NCBI GenBank assembly: GCA_016204995.1
Contig: JACQJR010000001.1
Location: 305,132 to 369,131 of the forward strand
Reading direction: 5' to 3'
Source of the DNA: Candidatus Microgenomates bacterium
GTDB lineage: Bacteria > Patescibacteriota > Microgenomatia > UBA8517 > JACQJR01
Length of the DNA: 64,000 nt
Position numbers and translations under genes: made by a program. This document shows, in pieces, positions 58,400-64,000 of this stretch. The notes under the pieces are model-generated. The model did no database searches. It saw only the letters and a list, made by a program, of their open reading frames with translations, and was not told the origin of the DNA. Position 1 is the first letter of the stretch. Each line of letters starts with the position of its first letter.

Positions 58400-58732
58400 T
58401 TATACAGGATATACAGTCACAAATCTAAGTCTGGTCTGCCCTTTTTCTACAATCCATATTGTTCTTACCTTAACCGTTTTCCCAACAGGAGCATTTATTT
58501 CTCCATCAATAACATATTTTACGCCGTATTCTGACATAATTTCTTCTTTTACTGCCTCAACCCTTGCAATTTTGCGCAGGGTCTGTTCTAAAAGATCAAC
58601 TTTTGTTTTAGTAAAACCAACCTTGTGGAAAAATTTGGCCTTGAACCTGCCAGTAGAATGTGTTTCCGAAAGCACATAATTTAAGAGCTTCTCTTTAGAG
58701 ATTAAAACGTCCTCACATCGTGGAAGATGCAT
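58400..58732 (-). CDS. DUF6883 family protein
   Basis: 110 aa; KLLNYVLSETHSTGRFKAKFF...GKTVKVRTIWIVEKGQTRLRFVTVYP matches the DUF6883 pattern. Confidence 0.55.
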   Translation of the reverse strand: MHLPRCEDVLISKEKLLNYVLSETHSTGRFKAKFFHKVGFTKTKVDLLEQTLRKIARVEAVKEEIMSEYGVKYVIDGEINAPVGKTVKVRTIWIVEKGQTRLRFVTVYPV

Positions 58733-58849
58733 TGATATCTATTATTATACTATCAATTTAGCTTCGCAAAAGCACCTCTTGCGTGCCTATCAAATCACTA
58801 GTGTAGTTTAGTTTTTGATATGGTATAATTTAATCATTAGAGGCAATCT

Positions 58850-58884
58850 AGCCCCACGCGTTTTATGCGGTCGGGGCTTTTTTT
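58850..58884 (+). terminator. rho-independent terminator-like hairpin plus T7 run, 12 nt downstream of an extended -10 promoter (TGgTATAAT at 58821..58829)
   Basis: AGCCCC...GGGGCT stem followed by TTTTTTT. Confidence 0.4.
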
Positions 58885-58940
58885 ATGGAAAAATTAATTG
58901 CTTATTGCCTTTAAATACTTTTGCTTTCTAGCATTTTATT

Positions 58941-59183
58941 ATGCTGATAAATATGGAATATATTAATGTTAATAAATCTATAAGAATAACTAGGACTTTA
59001 AGTTATAAAGAAGCGCTAGAAATAGGCGTAAAGAGGTTTTTACTAGAAAGATTTTATTCTATAATCTATTTAGGTTTTCTGCTAATTTTAGTTTATATTG
59101 GAATATCGCTTGATATACCTATGGTAATTTTGGCATTATTATTTATTGGCGAGCACAAAACTAGCAAAATTGGGCAAAATTAG
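58941..59183 (+). CDS. small membrane protein
   Basis: 80 aa, two hydrophobic helices. Confidence 0.35.
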   Translation: MLINMEYINVNKSIRITRTLSYKEALEIGVKRFLLERFYSIIYLGFLLILVYIGISLDIPMVILALLFIGEHKTSKIGQN

Positions 59184-59533
59184 GAATATTTTTGCAGTAG
59201 CTGTTTTAATTTATCAAGCAGTGGTTGGCGCCATTCAGCTTCCAATTGGGTTTTGATCAACTCAACAATTTCTCGGTCATTTTCAGGTAGTTTCCTACTT
59301 TCTAAGGTTTTGACTAGTGAGAGAATTTCATAGTCTTCCTCGTTAGGTAAAACATATCCCTTTTCTTCTTGTTTAGTTATACTGTATTTATCTCTAATTG
59401 CTACTTTTCTTTCTTTTAAGAGTTCTTGATATTCATTATCTTTTTCCAAAGTATTTCTTAATTCTTCACCCTTCAATCCCTGACTTAAATAATAATCTTC
59501 TATTTGCTGGAGTGATTTGGTCATTACTTTCAT
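59180..59533 (-). CDS. hypothetical protein
   Basis: 117 aa, helical and charged. Confidence 0.35.
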   Translation of the reverse strand: MKVMTKSLQQIEDYYLSQGLKGEELRNTLEKDNEYQELLKERKVAIRDKYSITKQEEKGYVLPNEEDYEILSLVKTLESRKLPENDREIVELIKTQLEAEWRQPLLDKLKQLLQKYS

Positions 59534-59595
59534 AGTATATCAGACATAGTAATTGTTCCGCAAAAAGAGTAAAATGGCAGAGAAAAATTAGTTTT

Positions 59596-60465
59596 ATGGG
59601 AACTCAAGATCTATTATCCCTTTTCAAAATTAATATTTTAAGAAACATCAAAATTTGGTTCCTAGTAACTATTTGTTTTATTGTATTGGTTAGTTACTCA
59701 AGGAACTTGCCTCAAGATTTCAAAGATTTTCTTTTAGATCCCTTTAATATCGTTATCTTACCACTTTCCATAATAACGGTAATATTATTACAAGGCATAT
59801 TTAAAATTTTTGTAAATTTAAGCAAAGGGGGGAATAAATATAGTTTTACTTTGAGAAGTTGGAACGAAGATTGGATATACAATGGGAAAACTAAAATCTT
59901 GTTAGACCCTGTAAGATTAAAAATAAATTCTTCGCGTGCAGGATGCCTTCTAGAGAAATACTTATGGAATAATTTCTCAATGAATTTCCAAATGAAATTT
60001 TTATATCACGAGCAAAACGAGCAAAATTTAGGAATTATCTTCCGGGCGGTAGATTTGGAAAATTATTTTATGCTAGAGATTATAAGAAAAACATCAGCAA
60101 TATGCGTCAAACCACATGTTAGATACCTAGGAATGTGGGAAATAATGAGTCAGGACGTTATTGGAGAGGTAGACCCATCTCAAGAGTGGCTTAAAATCTA
60201 TGTAACAGTAAATCGTACAGAAGTTAAGATATCAATAAAGGGAGTTGGGGAATATGAATGGTTTTTACCTACCCATGTTGACATAAATCATATAGAGGAT
60301 GGACCCAGAAAAAATAATTCTAATGAATTTGATGAAAAGGAGGTGGCTGCAAAAATAACTCTTTTACCAAAGATTGAATTTAGAAAATCTTTTGGCATGG
60401 TTGGATTTAGGGCACATTTAAATCAAGGAGCAGAGATTAAAAATTTGAATATTAGCAAAATTTAG
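59596..60465 (+). CDS. membrane-anchored DUF1080 (3-keto-disaccharide-hydrolase-like, LamG-fold) domain protein
   Basis: two N-terminal TM helices; NLGIIFRAVDLENYFMLEI and C-terminal GMVGFRAHLNQGAEIKNLNI match DUF1080 core and tail motifs. Confidence 0.55.
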   Translation: MGTQDLLSLFKINILRNIKIWFLVTICFIVLVSYSRNLPQDFKDFLLDPFNIVILPLSIITVILLQGIFKIFVNLSKGGNKYSFTLRSWNEDWIYNGKTKILLDPVRLKINSSRAGCLLEKYLWNNFSMNFQMKFLYHEQNEQNLGIIFRAVDLENYFMLEIIRKTSAICVKPHVRYLGMWEIMSQDVIGEVDPSQEWLKIYVTVNRTEVKISIKGVGEYEWFLPTHVDINHIEDGPRKNNSNEFDEKEVAAKITLLPKIEFRKSFGMVGFRAHLNQGAEIKNLNISKI

Positions 60466-60527
60466 TAAATTTTATCTTAGGGTTTCTGGAATTAGTAGGA
60501 ATTACATAACTAATTACGTAGCACTAT

Positions 60528-61820
60528 TTAGCTGCTTTTCTTGCCCACATATCCTTCATAACGATGCATGGCAATTTGAGCTTCCAGTTGTTTAGTCAGT
60601 TCAATAATGACCGAAACCACGATTAAAATGCTGGTTCCTCCCAAAGCTACCGTGGTCAAACCAGTCGCCCTTTGTACTAGAAATGGCAAAATAGCGACCA
60701 ACGCCAAAAAGACCGCTCCCACCGAGGTAACCTTATATAATACTGAATTGAGGTAAGAGATGGTGGCCGAACCAGGCCGGACCCCCGGAATAAAACCGCC
60801 GTATTTAGCTAAATCTTCTCCTACCCGTTTGGGATTAAAAACCACGGCCGCGTAGAAAAAGGAAAAACCAACCACTAATAAGAAATAAGAGACGTTGTAC
60901 ATCAAGCCATCGGGAGAAAAAGCAGCCGCTAAATTCTGCGCCCACAATCCCAGTTGATTATCCAAGGCGCTGCCTAAAAATTGGCCAATCATGGTAGGAA
61001 ACAACACTAGAGAGATAGCAAAAATAATGGGGATGACTCCGGCCTGATTAACTTTCACCGGCAAATACGTTTGGGGACTGGCCATAGTTCCACCACGCAA
61101 TCGCCTGGCGTATTGAATGGGGACGCGGCGGGCCGCTTCATTCATCACCACCACTGCCACTACTACCAATAAAGTTAAGGCCGCAAAAATTAGTAAAGGA
61201 AAAATATTAGTCGCCTGTAAAACCGAGGTGGTCTGAGAAAAAATGACCGGAAAACGGCCGACAATGCCGGCAAAAATCAAAAGGGATATACCATTGCCAA
61301 TGCCGTATTCGGAAATTAACTCGCCAATCCACATTACGATAATGGTTCCTGCTGTCATGGTAATACAAAGTGCGATGATCCCCACGGGGGTTAATACATC
61401 AACAATCCCTTGCGATTTAAGTAAAAAATACATACCGAAGGCTTGCATGGCCGCCAGCGGCACAGTCAAAAAGCGGGTGTAGCGATTAATCTGGGCTCGG
61501 CCGCTTTCTCCTTCTTTAGACAATTCTTCTAATTTAGGAATCATAAAAGTAGCCATTTGCAAAATAATGGAAGCATTAATATAGGGATTAAGGCCCAAAG
61601 CCATGATGGAAAAGTTAGCCAGAGTGCCTCCGGAAAAAATATCAAGAAGTGACAATAAGGGGCTATTATTAAATAAATTGCGTAAAGCCGCCAGATCTAC
61701 TCCGCCGGCCGGAATATGGGCGATAAAACGGAAGACGACCAGCATCAAGACTGTAAAAATAATTTTGCGGCGGATGGCCGGATAGTGAAAGGCGCGAACT
61801 ATAATATCCAAAATCTTCAT
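60528..61820 (-). CDS. secY: protein translocase subunit SecY
   Basis: 10 TM, 430 aa, position in the spc operon. Confidence 0.95.
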   Translation of the reverse strand: MKILDIIVRAFHYPAIRRKIIFTVLMLVVFRFIAHIPAGGVDLAALRNLFNNSPLLSLLDIFSGGTLANFSIMALGLNPYINASIILQMATFMIPKLEELSKEGESGRAQINRYTRFLTVPLAAMQAFGMYFLLKSQGIVDVLTPVGIIALCITMTAGTIIVMWIGELISEYGIGNGISLLIFAGIVGRFPVIFSQTTSVLQATNIFPLLIFAALTLLVVVAVVVMNEAARRVPIQYARRLRGGTMASPQTYLPVKVNQAGVIPIIFAISLVLFPTMIGQFLGSALDNQLGLWAQNLAAAFSPDGLMYNVSYFLLVVGFSFFYAAVVFNPKRVGEDLAKYGGFIPGVRPGSATISYLNSVLYKVTSVGAVFLALVAILPFLVQRATGLTTVALGGTSILIVVSVIIELTKQLEAQIAMHRYEGYVGKKSS

Positions 61821-62092
61821 CTTTTAGGGGTGATTACTTCTCTCTCTTTTATTTTAACTCTTTTCTCCTTGGGATGGGGCTTTAATTTACCTTTACCGCG
61901 CATCATGGGCAGTCTCTTAATCAAAGATTTCTTCATCTTGGTGCCGAAAAAATAAATGGAGATTTTACCACGTGACTTCTGTCCTTTTTGACCGCGGCCG
62001 ACCGTATGGCTGCCTTTACCAGAACCCATGCCCCGACCGACTCGCTTTTTGCCGCGCGTTACTAATTTTGGTAATTTATGCGGTTGCAACAT
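61817..62092 (-). CDS. rplO: 50S ribosomal protein L15 (short)
   Basis: N-terminal GRGMGSGKG...[10 protein letters not shown]. Confidence 0.7.
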   Translation of the reverse strand: MLQPHKLPKLVTRGKKRVGRGMGSGKGSHTVGRGQKGQKSRGKISIYFFGTKMKKSLIKRLPMMRGKGKLKPHPKEKRVKIKEREVITPKR

Positions 62093-62576
62093 GTTTATTT
62101 TGCACCTCTCTTTTATTTCTCACGAGTTTGGCTATATTTTCTAGAGCCTTCATGATGGCATAAACGTTGGAAATTTTATTATTAGTTCCCAGTATCTTGC
62201 CGACTACGTCGCGGATTCCGGCCACTTTAAAAACCACCCTTAAAGGACCGCCGGCAATAATACCAGAACCGGCTGGTGCCGGTTTAATCAAAACTTTGGC
62301 TGCTCCTAATTTCACCATTTCTGAACAAGGTACAGTAGTCCCCACTAAAGGAACTTTAATGGCATGTTTTTTGGCGGACTCGGTAGCTTTTCTAATGGCA
62401 TTAACCACGTCAGGTGCTTTACCCAAACCTAAACCAACTTTTCCTTTGCCATCTCCGGCCACGACCAGCGCCGCAAAGCGCATCTGATTGCCTCCAGCAG
62501 TCTTCTTTGACACCCGGTTGATTTGAATAACTACTTCTTCAAATTCCCGCGCTACTTGTGAATAGTTATTATTCAT
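62076..62576 (-). CDS. rpsE: 30S ribosomal protein S5
   Basis: S5 dsRBD and C-terminal domains. Confidence 0.9.
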   Translation of the reverse strand: MNNNYSQVAREFEEVVIQINRVSKKTAGGNQMRFAALVVAGDGKGKVGLGLGKAPDVVNAIRKATESAKKHAIKVPLVGTTVPCSEMVKLGAAKVLIKPAPAGSGIIAGGPLRVVFKVAGIRDVVGKILGTNNKISNVYAIMKALENIAKLVRNKREVQNKHVATA

Positions 62577-62911
62577 TAAAACTTCAATCCTCCTTCCCGG
62601 GCCCCTCGGGCCAGTTCCGCAATACGGCCATGAAACTGGTAAGGTCCCCGATCAAAAACCACTTTAGTTATTTTTTGTTCTTTGGCCTTCTGGCCTAGCA
62701 GTTTACCAACCTCGTAAGCCGTCTCTTTTTTGTTTATGCTTTCTTTTGATTTTAATTCTTTAGAGGAAGCCGCCGCTAAAGTCTCGCCTTTAGCATCATC
62801 AATTATTTGCGCCCAAATATGACGATTAGATCTAAAAACCGATAAACGTGGTAAGTTACGTCCTAATTTAGCACGAGTTTTGACTGCTCTGGTAATTTTA
62901 GCTTGGATCAT
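62576..62911 (-). CDS. rplR: 50S ribosomal protein L18
   Basis: size and position; C-terminal FDRGPYQFHGR. Confidence 0.85.
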   Translation of the reverse strand: MIQAKITRAVKTRAKLGRNLPRLSVFRSNRHIWAQIIDDAKGETLAAASSKELKSKESINKKETAYEVGKLLGQKAKEQKITKVVFDRGPYQFHGRIAELARGAREGGLKF

Positions 62912-62916
62912 AAAAG

Positions 62917-63462
62917 TTATGCCGCACCCCCTGCCGCACCTTTAGCCGCTTTGCCGGCTTTCTTTCTGACAATTTCTCCTTCATAACGGATTCCTTTACC
63001 TTTATAAGAGTCTGGTGGGCGAACATCGCGAATTTTAGCTGCTACCTGTCCCACCAAATATTTATTGACTCCGGCCACTTTAATTTTACTTTGTGCAACA
63101 GCGAAACTAATGCCTTCTGGCGCGACAATCTCTACCGGATGAGAAAAGCCCAGAGAAAGCGTTAATTTTTTGCCGTCTGTCGCCGCCCGATAGCCGGTGC
63201 CGACAATTTCCAGATTTTTCTCCCAGCCACTATTTACTCCATAAACAGCATTGGCAATTTCTGATCGGATGCGACCAAAATTGATCATATCTTCACCCTC
63301 TGTCTTAACGGTAGCTATATTATCAGTTAATGACAATTCTACGCCGGACGTCATACTCACTTTTTCTTCCCCTTTAGGACCAACCACAGTTACCACAGAA
63401 CCCGCTATATCTAGCTTTACCCCCTCGGGAATTAAAATTGGTTTTTTACCGATTTTAGACAT
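62917..63462 (-). CDS. rplF: 50S ribosomal protein L6 (start trimmed to MSKIGKKPI)
   Basis: two L6 repeats. Confidence 0.9.
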   Translation of the reverse strand: MSKIGKKPILIPEGVKLDIAGSVVTVVGPKGEEKVSMTSGVELSLTDNIATVKTEGEDMINFGRIRSEIANAVYGVNSGWEKNLEIVGTGYRAATDGKKLTLSLGFSHPVEIVAPEGISFAVAQSKIKVAGVNKYLVGQVAAKIRDVRPPDSYKGKGIRYEGEIVRKKAGKAAKGAAGGAA

Positions 63463-63490
63463 AATTATTATAATAGTGAGCCTAGTCGAA

Positions 63491-63853
63491 CTACCAGATT
63501 TCGGCCAAGACCTCCCCTCCAATATTTTTTTCGCGAGCCTGACGGCTAGTGATAACACCGAGAGGCGTGGACATAATAAACATACTAAATTTACCCTTGG
63601 ATGTTTTAAGCTCGTGAACCGCTTTATAAACCCGCAGGCCTGGTTTAGAAATCAACTTCAGGCCGGCAATCCGGCCAGCTCCCAAAGTTAACACCAGCTT
63701 GTTATCCTGTTTTTTAGCCTCAATCAGATAACCGCTAGCAACCAGAGCCTTGCTAATACTTTCCTTAAAACGAGAATAAGGCACTGTCGCCGAATCATGA
63801 CCAGCCAGCGCTGCGTTTTTAATTCTGATAAAAAAATTACTTATTTGATCCAT
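63491..63853 (-). CDS. rpsH: 30S ribosomal protein S8
   Basis: MDQISNFFIRIKNA start. Confidence 0.9.
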   Translation of the reverse strand: MDQISNFFIRIKNAALAGHDSATVPYSRFKESISKALVASGYLIEAKKQDNKLVLTLGAGRIAGLKLISKPGLRVYKAVHELKTSKGKFSMFIMSTPLGVITSRQAREKNIGGEVLAEIW

Positions 63854-63859
63854 AATTTT

Positions 63860-64000
63860 TTACCAAGAGGCTTTTCTCACCCCTGGTATTTCACCTTTCA
63901 AAGCCGCCTCCCTAAAACATAATCTGCATAAACCAAAAAGTCTGATATAAGCTCGGGCCCGACCACAGATGGCACAGCGATTATGATATCGCACTTTATA
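63860..64000 (-). CDS. rpsN: 30S ribosomal protein S14 type Z (zinc-binding), 5'-truncated by window end
   Basis: translation ...[39 protein letters not shown]. Confidence 0.8.
   Translation of the reverse strand, partial: YKVRYHNRCAICGRARAYIRLFGLCRLCFREAALKGEIPGVRKASW

Overview
This 64-kb window reads as a compact, AT-rich, mostly minus-strand-coded segment of a Candidate-Phyla-Radiation (Patescibacteria)-like bacterial genome. Three things point to that lineage: L30 is absent between rpsE and rplO, rpoA is short, and rnpB is reduced. Most of the window is housekeeping. It carries secA, an ABC exporter, serS, lysS, greA, lon, gltX, aspS, recJ, cca, secDF, dtd, comM, miaA, hup, lepB, rny, recX-recA and pgeF. 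It also carries the alpha/spc ribosomal-protein block, running rpsI through rpsN with adk, map, infA, rpmJ and secY. I found four RNA genes that the ORF track cannot show. These are tRNA-Glu(CUC), tRNA-Gln(CUG), a tRNA-Pro(GGG)-like gene with an odd T-loop, and an RNase P RNA hidden in a 430-bp 'intergenic' gap. The most unusual feature is the density of small repeats. A GC-rich palindromic element family (core CCTGCCTGCGCAGGCAGG) sits at five or more loci, including in-frame inside serS and lysS and inside rnpB. Tandem AATTTTG-type heptamer arrays are inserted in-frame in secA, recJ, miaA and gltX. An AT-rich ~100-bp repeat precedes rpsM, rpmJ and secF. A TTCGTGCTTCG repeat forms the C-terminal tail of L13. 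Two accessory islands stand out. One is a ~2.4-kb insertion between adk and secY carrying a DUF6883/DUF4926 toxin-antitoxin-like pair and a membrane-anchored DUF1080 protein. The other lies at the secA-proximal end, with a small toxin-like gene, an operator-like palindrome and a single-gene cassette flanked by 21-bp direct repeats. Two surface proteins share an N-terminal anchor motif, and one of them carries dockerin repeats. All family assignments rest on motif recognition by eye, because no searches could be run.
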